A stretch of DNA of 64,000 nucleotides, taken from assembly GCF_006345805.1 (NCBI RefSeq), contig NC_043000.1:133796001-133860000 (forward strand), given 5' to 3'. The notes under the pieces were generated by a model. The model did not search any database and was not told where the DNA came from. It saw nothing but the letters and a program-made list of their open reading frames with translations. Numbering within the stretch: the first letter of the stretch is position 1; the number at the start of each line of letters is the position of its first letter. Shown piece by piece: positions 11,347 to 24,110 of this stretch. This stretch comes from Octopus sinensis. Lineage: Eukaryota. Made by a program: the position numbers and the translations under genes.

Positions 11347-13974
11347 CTGTTTAAAAGGAACAGAGAAACAGTTGAAAATGTAATTTATTAGTTTAAGGAA
11401 CTGAAAAATTATATGTTTACTGAACAGATATTCAACTTATAACAAAATATAAATAGCAACAAACAAATTTTTTTGTCTGACCTTAAACATTTAGTCAAAA
11501 AGTGTTGCCACTAAGCTGAAGTGTTTATTTTAAAATATATTGACCAATGACAGGTTTACAATTGCTAACATACATCACTTTTAATTCTAATGTAACCTTT
11601 AATTAATCTTGTAAATGTATAATTATTTTCACATAAGGCCTCTATTGGTTAGCGTTGCCCATCTAATCTACACAGGGATAGTTTCCCTCCTGGACACAAG
11701 CATTTACTCATATAATAAGTCTTCTTTCCTCGATTCTAGTGACATTGTTCAAGGGCTGATATGACTCATTACTAGTGTCATTGAAGCTGAACTCAAAATA
11801 TAAAAGGGTCAGGACAAACAGTGCAAAATATTTTGTTCAATGCTCTAATAATTCTATCGTCCCACCACCCTAGACAGAGACTAAATTATATCGACCCTAG
11901 AAAAATTAAATTCAACGTTCACCTTGGCAGGATATGAACTCATGATATAATGAGCTAGAACAAATATAGCAAGGCATTTTGTCCAACACTTAAATGAATC
12001 TACCAAAACACTATCATTGATTGTATTTCCATAAACTTTTGAACAGCCAAAAATCTTTTTCTTGTTTATTTCAATATAAGATGAAAAATAAATTTGTTTC
12101 AGAGATGCAATTAATTAAATAAAAATTGCATTTTCATTGTTAAGAAATCAGAAAATACAATAATATTTATATAATGTATAAAAATAATATTACCAGGTAC
12201 AATCTGGAATCAAAAAGCCTGGGAGTCAGCAAAAATTAATCCAAATCAGATACAGAAATGGGGTGGTTCTTGGACATGGAGGTACAGTGTATACCTATTT
12301 TACCGTTTCAAGTTGTCTTTTCTTTTTTATGTTTGTCTGCTAATGGAGTCATTTATAATCATTATTAGCTATCTTTTATCATATTTCTATCAATTGATAT
12401 TTATTGAATATCTACGATAATTATGCATGTATATTTTATTCTGTTCTTATAACAAAATGTAAAAATACAAATTTATAGTATCCCAATATTTCTGGTATTG
12501 CAGAAGTTTTGTGGTCATAAAAATTTTGCCTTTAAATTTGCCTATAATGCAAAACATTTTGTCATTAACTTACATTCAATATGGAAATCGATGGGGAAAA
12601 AAATAAGCTTTTTATTACAGAATCATGTTAGGGAAAATTTGCATTTGAATGCAATACTTGCATAATTTGGAAATGCCTGTGTACTATACTGGTTCAATAC
12701 TGTGGTTGGACATGCAAGACTCAGCAGGAGCAGATTACACCAGTTAGTGTAAATCAATTACCTTCTTGAAATGACAAACAATTTTTAACTTTCATGTTAG
12801 ATATTTTTGCCATAGAAAAATTTGCAATATTTATTTTCACTTAACCACTTTTGGCATAATTTTTGCTGTAAGGATTTTTGCTTTCAGGTATCTTTATTGT
12901 AATGGTTAAAAAACTCAATTGTGGCACTTTCTTTTAACTTACTAGTTTGTAGTCTGATTATTAGAAACAAAGTACTTTGTCAAAAAAACAACAACAAATA
13001 AGAATAAGGTAGACAAACCTTTAATTTATTTTAAATATTCAGTAAGTTATAACAACAAGACTACAACAGAAAACATTTAATATCTGATGAAACATTTAGT
13101 TAACCTTTCAATCAAAAATGTGTAGCCTGGGGAGTTTGTAGGTGCACAGCTACAAATGGACTTGTATCAATGATGATAGTAAACATTTTGTTTTATTTTT
13201 GTAAATATTGTATATTACTCTTCAAATATATATTTTGTAAATATATTATTCTTCAATATTTGATTTGCTATCTTATATTAGTATATTTTGCAGTCCATAT
13301 ATGTTTATACTAGATTTCTGGCTTTTGAATAAAGTTATAAATTTGTAGAGTGGGGCTTATAGGTAATAGTCAATTGATTCAACCCCAATAAATTACTGGT
13401 ACTTATTTCATGAGATTTGGAGGAGTGAAGATGAGTCAACCTTCCAGCAGAACACAAATGATAAATTTCACCATTTTATTTTAACGTCCGTATAATTCAA
13501 AGTTTAATTAACCTTCATTTAAATAAAAATAATTAAAAATAATTAGATACACATAGAGATGAGAATGCGATGACTAATATAAAATATATCACTTGGCCCT
13601 AAAAGAGATAAACGACTGAACTATTGTTCATGATAATGTGTTTCATTTTCAAGCTAGGTAAGCTAAAGCAAGCAGAATAATTTGTCTGGTTGAAGGTTAT
13701 AACTCAGCTGATAGTTAAATGGCTTGTGCCCATCACCAACTCAGCTGTTAGTTAAACTGATTATACCCATCACATTATATATATATATGAAGAGATTCAT
13801 TATAAGTATAAAAATATACCATAAACAAGTGTAAAAAATGCAGAGAAGATGCTGAAACAGATATAGGTTTGCAGTTTTTCTTCAGACCCTAAATCCATTG
13901 GCCGTTGGCTTCTCTGCTAGATCAGCTATATATACCTTTATCTATATATATGCATTTATATATATACATATATA

Positions 13975-14033
13975 CTTTATTTAAAAGCAGCAGAAATTCA
14001 ACAAAACCTGTTACTCAGAGTTTCACGTTCCCG
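13975..14033 (-). repeat. 59-bp direct partial copy of 14198-14256 (3' half of a hammerhead-like motif), in (TA)n
   Basis: ctttatttaaaagcagcagaaattcaacaaaacctgttactc.gagtttcac.ttcccg occurs at both loci. Confidence 0.85.
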
Positions 14034-14040
14034 GACATAT

Positions 14041-14077
<37 letters not shown>

Positions 14078-14126
14078 GTATATATATATATGTGTATATA
14101 TATATGTGTATATATATATGTATATA

Positions 14127-14341
14127 CCGGAGTAGACACATAAATGTGAAACAAAGTGGAAAAAAGAGTACTCAAATACCAGGGGTAGAGTAATATGCTT
14201 TATTTAAAAGCAGCAGAAATTCAACAAAACCTGTTACTCGGAGTTTCACATTCCCGTTGCTTTTAAATAAAGCATATTACTCTACCCCTGGTATTTGAGT
14301 ACACTTTTTTCCACCTTGTTTCACATTTATGTGTTTACTCC

Positions 14342-14343
<2 letters not shown>
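14127..14343. repeat. Fold-back element: 86-bp inverted arms (14127-14212 / 14258-14343) with 45-bp spacer, flanked by (TA)n
   Basis: Arms compared by eye: 3 mismatches. Confidence 0.93.
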
Positions 14344-14381
<38 letters not shown>

Positions 14382-14382
14382 T

Positions 14383-14561
14383 TATAAGCTTAAAGCTTAT
14401 AAGCAATCACTATGCATTGACTAAGGTAAATAGTCTAATATTGGGAAATATAAGCCCTCAATGGAAACCTTACTTACTTCTCTTGGGGGCTTTTATGCCC
14501 CAATATTAAACTATTTACCTTAGTCAATGCACGGTGATTTCTTATGAGCTTTAAGCTTATA
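14383..14561. repeat. Second fold-back element: 63-bp arms (14383-14445 / 14499-14561), imperfectly extendable
   Basis: tataagcttaaagc...aatattggg versus cccaatatt...gctttaagcttata, about 5 mismatches. Confidence 0.88.
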
Positions 14562-15871
14562 TCATTATATCATTATATCAGAAGTGTAAAAACTGACACC
14601 ACTTACCAAATGATTGCATGTGTGTGTAAGTGTGTGTGAGTGGGTGAAAGTCTCTGCATAATTTAAATAAGGAAGAAATGCATCAAAATGATGCTTAAAC
14701 ATGAGAATCACAAATTTATATAAAAACAAATTGTTTACTCTGATTAATTATATATTCATTTGAACTGAAATAAATACGTGGTTTGTAAACTATGAATAAT
14801 TATTAGAAGTAAATAATATGGAAAATTTAGTTTTACAAATAAAAACTTCCAACAGTTAATGGTTACCAAGAAATTCACATCTAGGATTAATAAGTAACTG
14901 CCCAATCAGTCTGCAAATATTTTTTCCTTTTTGGTATAAAAAGTAGTAAAATTCATCATAACAGTTTGGTAACCTGTGTTTATTTTCAACCATTGTTGAC
15001 TGGGAGAAATAGGTATCAGTAATATACCCAGTTGAGCCAACTTGGCTATTATAGTATAACAGTGTTAATAAAAATGCTTTACTCAACAGAAAGATATTAT
15101 TTTACCTGTGTATGTCTATGTGCACGCACATGCATGTACTCTAGCTATCTAACAATATATATGGAAAAGTCTTAGACACACATATTGGTAAAAACGTTAA
15201 GAGATAAATCATATCACAATGAGAAGCTTAACTTAGTTTTCTGGTGTAATACCAAAATATCTGGTGCTATCTAGACTGTCATTATATCATACACCTAAAC
15301 CTTTTTCTATCAAGAAAGTCAATAAGTGCAGTGACCCTTACTTATTCTTTGGTAGAATACAATAACTGAAAGGTACAACATAAAATTTTATATAATTGCT
15401 TTTCTTTGCAGTTCATAAGAGTTAGTTATTGTACCTGAACAAATGTAAATGTATTTTTTTAAATCTTATTTTTACTGTAGTACAAAACAGGAACAGTAGA
15501 AAGCCAATATTCAACATTCTTATAAATGTTTCTCTCACCCACACAAACATATTAATTACACACTATAAATTACATAATATTAAGTGTAACTGTGTGCAAG
15601 AACTATATTATGATACATGAAGTTTGAGTCAAAGATAATTTCTTCCTTTTTTTTCTCTCACTCTCTCATACAAACAAATATTTAAAGCGGTTAAGCACAA
15701 TTGGAAAAAGCATGCAAGCTGGACATGATGGAAGTTTTTTAAAAGCTTTGTACAACAAATAATATTAGTAGTTATAAAATTTAAAAAAAAATAATCTGGA
15801 TAAAGAACACTTTTGTATAGACTGGCTAAAACTTGGTGTTCAACTATAATGGTTAGAAGCAAAATGCTTAC

Positions 15872-15889
15872 CTTTGCCAAGCTGTTTAT
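15872..15889 (-). CDS. NCX: NCX micro-exon, 18 nt, phase 1-1 (DKQLGK)
   Basis: tgttgcttcag|ATAAACAGCTTGGCAAAG|gtaagc; open in phase 1. Confidence 0.68.
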
Positions 15890-17258
15890 CTGAAGCAACA
15901 GAATTTATAGGAAAAAAAACAAAAGAAACAGAAATGTTAAGAGAGAAACAGTACACAGAGAAAGAGTAACAGTTTAGTAAGATTGACTGTAGTAGGTGAA
16001 CAAGCAACTTTCTTCTTGATACATTTCAATATTGATCCATTCAGTATCTACAATGTTAATTTTGGGGAAGTTAAACCTTTTGCCTTTCCAAAGCATTTCG
16101 ATAAATTTGTCCTAAACAGTCATGCTTCTTTTCAGACTTCTAGTTATTCTTTGTTTCATATGTTATTAGTAATACATAAATCCCAAGTTACTCTAGTGGT
16201 TGAAAGAAATTAGGAATTCATATCATATATAATGCATGGATCCCAGAAAAATATGTATTATTTGTGATACAACAGACAGGCAAAGGGTTAAGAAGAAAAT
16301 TCAGGTAAAATCTATTAAGAACAATTGAGAATGAGCATTGATAATAGATTTATGAGAGATGATTTTAGTAAGAGCTATATGGACATATTCAGAGGTTTCA
16401 AAGAATAATTTCAAATATGTCATCTGAACTAAGAGAAAGTTTTGAGAATTTGTTAAAAAGTTAGAAAGATCAATTTATAAAGATATATTAAAAGGTGATA
16501 AGAATTGTTTCAAATAGTGAGTTAAATTGAAAGAATATTAACTGCTTGTAGAAGTTTAGGAAAAAAATTACCTTAAATAAAAAATAAAAAGTTTAACTAA
16601 ATATATATATATAAAACAAAGCTAAGGAATTGTACTATGCAGTTAGATAAAAGCTGAAACAATACAGGAACAATTTTGAAAAATCCTTAAGGTAAAATAC
16701 TATTGTTCTTCATGATAGAAATTTTAAGAATTAAGTGGTTGCCTTACTACTGTTCTTATAAAAAATATTTCATTTTAAATAGTTTGATCTGAATACTCTA
16801 GATACGAGTTAGAAAACAAACCACTTGCTCCAAGACAAATTTAGAAAAGAAAACTCAAGGTAGAAGGAAAAATGGAGAAATATTTAGGAAACTGAAATCC
16901 AATTTAACGTGGAATATAAAAAATAAATTTTGGATATCTGACAGGAAAACTGAACCCTATTAGATGCTCCATGTTCTTCTATTACATTTCAGCTCTCATA
17001 TAAAAGAAAGGTTAGTAATATAGAAATATGTAAAGAAAAATCTAGTGAAAGGTTTTGAAAGGAAAGTTAATGGAGTTCACATTGTCAAATAGCTAGAGAG
17101 AAAGTGAATAAAAAGAAATTATTCTACTACAAATGAAAAACAAAATAATTGAAAGAAGAAGCAATTTAGGGAGACAGTAAACAGTGATAAATTATGAGAA
17201 AAGCTCTAGTAATGAAGAGGTAGCTTTACAAGTGTTTGAGCAAAATAAAAAAGAAATA

Positions 17259-17296
<38 letters not shown>

Positions 17297-18891
17297 TAGC
17301 TGGAAAATGCAGATAGAACTGTAAGATAGAGAAATCTGCCATTAAGATATAAGCAAAGCTTCATTCACTTCTAAAATCTCAAATGTCTCTCTCAAGAAGA
17401 AAACATCTTCAGGTACTTATAACTTTCAGAAAATTTAAACCATCAAAATTAGAAATATACCATAATTATTTTCATGCTTTCAATTCTGAATGATGGCACT
17501 TCAAAGTTTTGATGATTTCACTAAACTGTTATGAAATTCATAAGTTTTTTCTTTCTTTCTTTTTGTTTTTCATTTCATTGGCACTCAATAATACATTAAA
17601 AGCATGTGAATTATTAAAAGTATAGTCCACTGTGGTATTTTCTTTTAACACAATCCACTAATGTGCCACCTCAAGTAAAGCAAACAAAAGAAAGTGCCTT
17701 GTTACTATAAGATACAACACAGTGACCAATACGTTGACTATTTATTTAGCATTTAGGCCTTATTCCTAATAATTAGACAAAACTACATCCAATACCAAAT
17801 ATAAGCTTCTTCAACAAAGCTGGCCTTTTCAAATTTGTTCATAAGCTGAAAAAACAAACTTTAAGTGGAATATCAAGTAACTGTACTTAGACTGGATGGC
17901 CACAGCTGGGATGGCTTTTGATAATCTAATTTTTTTCAGGCAGTATATATAGAAGTATAGTATTCAATCTGTCCTTTTTAATAATGATATTTGAGTGAAG
18001 TTTGACTGCTATTTCTAGCAGGCACAGTCAATGTGTGGAGGCTCCCTTGGCTTATAGCTAATGAATTTAGAAACTTCATTGACATTATATCTTAAACTTT
18101 AAAACATTTGCTTTTGTAAAATTTCAGTACATTCAAATTGGTGTTAGAAAGGGTATCTAGCAATAGAAACCATGTCAAAAACATGTGAGACATACTCCAC
18201 TGCCCATGTAGAGGAAGAGCAACTCAATAAGAACTGACTCGGGCAATGATAACTGGAAAGCAAGTGTAAAATACTGATGGGATGTCACATTTGAATGCAT
18301 CATTTGGATTGCAGGAAACCAAGAAAATACACACACTGTAGATCTGCTTTAAAGGATATACTTTATATTAGTAAAAGAGTGTTTAAAGACCTTATTTTTC
18401 ATAGTAATGCATAACACTAAAACAGGTTTGTAATCTCTCAAATTTTATACATTTTGGAAAAATACATTTATGTTGTAAATGACATCTTGTCTGAAAACAA
18501 ATTCTCTCCTTCCTACCTCTACTCTAATAGTTCGATATTAGATTGATTTTTAAAGCAGAAAACTGATTTTTTTTTTTACTACTCTGACACAAAGTTATTT
18601 AACCTTTTCAGTATCATATTACTATTGGAATATATTGTGTGCATCCAAAAATTCTAAAATTTAAAAATTGGGAAACAATTAGTAAAATAATAATTCAATG
18701 ATAATTAAGCTGGTGTTTGGAATTCAACAAACAATTCTTACATAAAGCGACAATGGAAGATTTAAGTCTAAATACAAACAGTTTAAAATGAAAAATTTTG
18801 TTTCTTGGAACCAAAGATCGTTTCAGTTGGATTAACTTCAGGAACCAGATTTTAGATAATATTTCCTGTTGCAATTGGTTACAATGTTTAC

Positions 18892-19070
18892 AGGTATGGC
18901 TGTGTGGTAAGGAGTTGGTTTCCAAACCACATGGTTTCATGTTCAGTTCCCCTGCATGGCACCTTGGGTAAGTGGCTTTTACAATAGCCCTGAGTTGACC
19001 AAATCCTTGTGAGTGCTAGATGGAGACTGAAAGAAGCCTGTTTTATATATAACTATACACATAAACATTC

Positions 19071-19136
<66 letters not shown>

Positions 19137-19357
19137 AACATGTATGTGTGTGTCTTTGTGTCTGTCCCCCTACCCCTTGATAATTGGTGTTGGTTGTTTA
19201 CATCCTGGTAACCTAGTGGTTCAGCAAAAAAGGCCAATAGAATTTAGTACCAAACTTTAAAATAAGTACTGGAATCAATTTGTTTGACTAAACCCTTCAA
19301 GGTGGTGCCCCAGCATGGCTACAGTCCAATGATTGAAACAAGTAAAAGATAAAAGAT
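18892..19357 (+). mobile_element. SINE family A, older full-length copy
   Basis: Head, (TA)n core, body and gtaaaagataaaag tail. Confidence 0.85.
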
Positions 19358-21294
19358 GGATATTAACATTAATAATGAGATTATCTAAATAACATCTATG
19401 AATTTTCTGATCAATGAAACCACTTATTTTGAAATATTGTAGTAAGAATAAAGTTGAAGTTAAAAAAGAAAGTGCTGTTTGTAGATATACATCAACAACA
19501 TGCAGAAGTTAACCATTTTAAAAGACCAAAATGAAAATACAATAACAGATACATTTTTTATAAACCTTTCAAAGTCATGCTTTGTTACAGATCAGCACAT
19601 CAGGAATTAATAAACCATTTAGACATGCATTTAAGAATTTATTTTCAAACCATTCCTCATGCCATACAACCAAAGCATATTTTCACTCAAGCTTTGTTTT
19701 GCTAACAAATCCTAGTTCCCCTATCAATTGGAGTTATTTTTATGGCACCAGTTTCCTTAAAATGTTTGATTCTATCTCTATAACATCCTTACTATTTTTT
19801 TTTTATATATATTTAAAAGTACTTTTAATTTTAATAGTGGAGAATCACATTAAAATTAAATGATCTCTTAACCAACAAAGAAAATATCAACAAAGAAAAT
19901 ATCAGAAAAAATTAAGCTATGAAAAACATTGAGAGCAAATGATATTGACACCAACCTAAATACATACAAACCAAGTGGACTATTGTCTATTCACTAAAAA
20001 TTATGACATGATCATCTAAACAGTTGTCCCTCTACACTCATTTCTTAAACACAAGGCTCAGTAACTGTACAAGTGTTTACATACAAATAATTGAGAAATG
20101 ATGTATTTGAGAGAAACATTAAACCATATGCTCACAAACTATTCACAGGAGCTGACTACAGACAAAAATTTCTCTAACTGCCTGGTCAACAAATGATATA
20201 GTAATTTGATGACAGAAACTAGAAGGAAATCAAAAGTGAAACAATGATGAAAGAAATTAAATAAGAATTAAAACTAAAATGTTACACAAAGGCAAAAATA
20301 AAAGCAAAAGAAGTGAGAGATCTGATAAGATTTTCTTATTTTTAAGCCTGGTTTCATAATACCAACTGAACAACAAAATTATGATAAAACTTCAAACACT
20401 CTTAAAATTCTAGATGTTTCAACTTAATCTATTTAACTATTATATGTCACGAGTTCCTCAATAGCAATTAAATCTTGTCTACTTTAATGTCACACCACAA
20501 ACCTATGTAGCATATCGTAGCTATGGAAATTGCATTCCGAACATTTTCATGAAGTAACCTTGAAATTATTATAGTAAATAAATGCAATATATTTGAATAA
20601 CAGTCAACTATGGTTATAAATAGCATAAAAAATAATTAACAAGTAGACACGTTATAGAACTAATGTGAAAGATCATTTTGAAAATATGCATCATTGTAAC
20701 TGCCTTTACCTTGTTATATACAAACTAAAGATAATAAAAAAAATAGTAATGTAGCCTTCAATATCTTTGCAAAAAAGGATTCTAAACAAAACACAAATGT
20801 TCTAAATAATCTCAACATGAAATTTCTGTGAAGATTTAAAGTATAAACCATATTCTTTACAGGCATATTTCTGCCATTTCTTAATTATCAACAGAGAGAA
20901 CTTTCTTTGAATGGTGTTGACACTAATAACAAATCTTAGATTACCACATATCTTGTAAACAAATGGAAAATCCTTCAGTTTAACCACTCAAAATGTTATT
21001 TTCTAAACTTAAATTATTTTCTAACAGGCTCCATTTTCTGTATTTTTGAATGACATCATTCTTAGATTGTTAAAGAAAACAAGAGCTGCACAAAAAAAAA
21101 AAAAAGAAAATCATCACCATTAAAAATCATCTATTTGGAAAAACAAATTACAAAACTTATTTGATACTATAATTTAATGTCCTAAATGATGCTAAAGATA
21201 AAAAATGCAATTTTAAATTCCTTTTCATAATTCTGTTATAATGAAGAAAGTTTCCCTGGTCCCAAAGAAACATATCTACATTATTATTATTTAC

Positions 21295-21309
21295 CTTTTG
21301 GTGCATCAA
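21295..21309 (-). CDS. NCX: NCX micro-exon, 15 nt, phase 1-1 (VDAPK)
   Basis: ttaatgttgttatttcag|TTGATGCACCAAAAG|gtaaat. Confidence 0.65.
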
Positions 21310-22257
21310 CTGAAATAACAACATTAATCTTTAAAACAGATATAAAAAATCTCATTCCTGTTAGGAGTGGTAGGTGGGGAACATTTCCTTGGAAGAAGTG
21401 AAAAGTGACACAGCAAACAAGTGAAAAAATAAAGACAAAATATACACAAGTCTCGTAATGATATTTTTGTTGTCAGAAATTTCTCTAGAAAACCTTTACA
21501 TTCAGGAGTTTTACTTAAAAATTTTAATTTAAAACAAACATAAATTTTAAGATGCAAATCAAAATATTATGGAAGGAAAAAGTAGCTACTAAAATTTCAT
21601 GAGCTTAGGGAAACAAAAATATGAATATATTTATCATTAATTTATTAAAATGTACAAGTGTACCTAACTATAATAAAGTAAAGAAATGTAATGGTATAAA
21701 GTTAATGCCTATTACAAAAGTAATAGTAACATAACTGAAGCCAAATGACCTGCCAGAAATCAAAGACATGTTATAGGCAGGTTTCACTATGAACTTATCT
21801 ATCCTTTGTGCATCCTTTGTGCCATTTGCTGTTAGAAGTCCTTCTGAAAACTTTGTTAATTAGCAGAATATGTAAAGCATTGAACAAAATGCCTTACAGT
21901 ATTTATTTGCTTTTTCTGGGTTCAACTTTGCCTTTTATCCTTTTGGGTTGATAAAATAAGTACCATTTGAACACTGAGGTTGGTTTAATAGACTTAGCCC
22001 TTCTCGCAAACCTGCTACCCTGTACCAAAATTTGAAACCAATATCTATTTGCCTCACTTTACATTCAGTATTCAAATCCTGCCAAAGTCAACTTTGCCCT
22101 TCCCCACCTGAGATTGCTAAGTACTGGATAAATAAGCACCAGAGTCAACTGGATACCTTTTTCCCCACCCCCCACAACTATTTGTGGTATTGTGTTTATG
22201 TTAGAAAATTATTTGAAATCTTAAATGCAAATATATAATTAGGGAAATCTTTCAAAA

Positions 22258-22580
22258 TCATCATCATCATCGTTTAACGTCCATTCTCCATGCTAGCATG
22301 GGTTGGACGGTTCGACCGGGGATCTGGGAAGCCAGAAGGCTGCACCAGGCTCCAGTCTTTATCTGGCAATGTTTCTACAGCTGGATGCTCTTCCTAACGC
22401 CAACCACTCCGTGAGTGTAGTGGGTGCTTTTTACGTGCCACCTGCACAGGTGCCAGGCGAGGCTGGCAACGGCCATGGTCGGATTGGTGTATTTTACGTG
22501 CCACCGGCATGGAAGCCAGTCGAGGCGGCGCTGGCATCGGCCACGAGTCGGATAGTGCTTTTTTACGTACCACCAGACCA
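22258..22580 (-). mobile_element. Family B RTE-type 3' end with (GAT)n tail
   Basis: catcatcatcgtttaacgtccattctccatgctagcatgggttggacgg...; CpG-rich, so probably young. Confidence 0.85.
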
Positions 22581-23112
22581 GGGAATGTCATCGAAATTAT
22601 AAACTACTGCATATGCTTTTATTATGAACATATTTATATTGAATTGATCAACCAGAATAGTAACAAAAATGTCTTAACTCTTGTTGATTCTGAGATTATC
22701 TATGACTGGCTTAGCCATCACTCAAAAATGGATATGACTTGATAGAAAATATAGACCTCCCCTCTTGGTGCTGCAACTCTTAACCCAGTAGAACATTGAA
22801 GATATGATAACTAAGGAGAGAGCTGCACTTGCAATCAGCTGATACTCATTTTCAGCTGAGCAATGAAGTACCTTACACAAAAATACAACATTCCACTCAG
22901 TCTAGGAATTGAACTCACAACTCTATGATCGTGAAGCCAACACAATAATCGCAAGCCACTTACCTTTACTTGCCTATGATTTGTACTTTGATTAGTTACA
23001 ACCTCTGAATTTAATGGATTCATCTTTTGAATTCATTAAAAGAGGTAAACTGGCAGAGTTGTTAAGAGGGAGGATGATTTATAGGTAGAAAACTAGAATG
23101 TTGAGTGTACAT

Positions 23113-23831
23113 AGGCATAGGAGTGGCTGTGTGGTAAGTAGCTTGTTTACGAACCACATGGCTCTGGGTTCAGTCCCACTGCATGGCACCTTGAGCAAGT
23201 GTCTTCTATATAGCCTCAGGCAGACCAAAGCCTTGTGAGTGGATTTGGTAGATGGAAACTGAAAGAAGCCCGTCGTATATATATATACAAATTGAGATAG
23301 GGGTTGCAAATTCAACCCTCCATGGGATAAGATATATCCAATATACTGCTAGTGAATTACCCAACAAAGTTAATACATAAATGTTAAGAATTGCGATGCA
23401 ATTAATTCATTTACTGTATTACATGGGCAAAGGTAAAATTATTTTTACCATAAATTAATAATACAAAATCAGAAAATGGAGAAAGACATCTAAATCATTA
23501 ATCAACTATGAGATAATACCCAATCACATACTTTATTGAACCACTACATAAGAACATTAAGGTTAAACAAAACAGCGTACATGAATGAGTAATACAATAG
23601 GTACAATCATTACAAGAGGATATAAATAAATAAATATTATATTTATATCTATTTATATTTATTTATTTATATCCTCTTGTAATGATTGTACCTATTGTAT
23701 TGTATTACTCATTCATGTACGCTGTTTTGTTTAACCTTAATGTTCTTATGTAGTGGTTCAATAAAGTATGTGATTGGGTATTATCTCATAGTTGATTAAT
23801 GATTTAGATGTCTTTCTCCATTTTCTGATTT

Positions 23832-23873
<42 letters not shown>

Positions 23874-24110
23874 CACACACACACATGTATGTGTGTGTGT
23901 ATATGCTTGTGTGTCTGTGTTTGTCCCCCCAGCATCGTTTGACAACCTATGCTGGTGTGTTTACATCTCCGTAACTTAGCGCTTTGGCAAAAGAGGCCAA
24001 TAGAATAAGTACTAGGCTTACAAAGAATAAGTCCTGGGGGTCGATTTGCTTGACTAAATGCGGTGCTCCAGCATGGCCACAGTCAAATGACTGAAACAAG
24101 TAAAAGAGTA
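23113..24110 (+). mobile_element. SINE family A copy split by a 550-bp insertion in its central microsatellite
   Basis: Head 23113-23287; body and tail resume at 23837-24110. Confidence 0.88.
23461..23836. repeat. Near-perfect palindrome: arms 23461-23637 (177 bp) and 23655-23836 (182 bp), 17-bp AT spacer
   Basis: Arms appear identical except for a 5-bp duplication (attgt) in the right arm. Confidence 0.95.

Noticed and set aside
14588-14650. Strong donor ttg|gtaagt with an upstream acceptor as another micro-exon
   Set aside because: The implied exon is about 47 nt, not a multiple of 3, and made of CA repeats.
23288-23836. Hammerhead in the 23.5-kb palindrome or its extension
   Set aside because: No CUGANGA...GAAA arrangement found on either strand.
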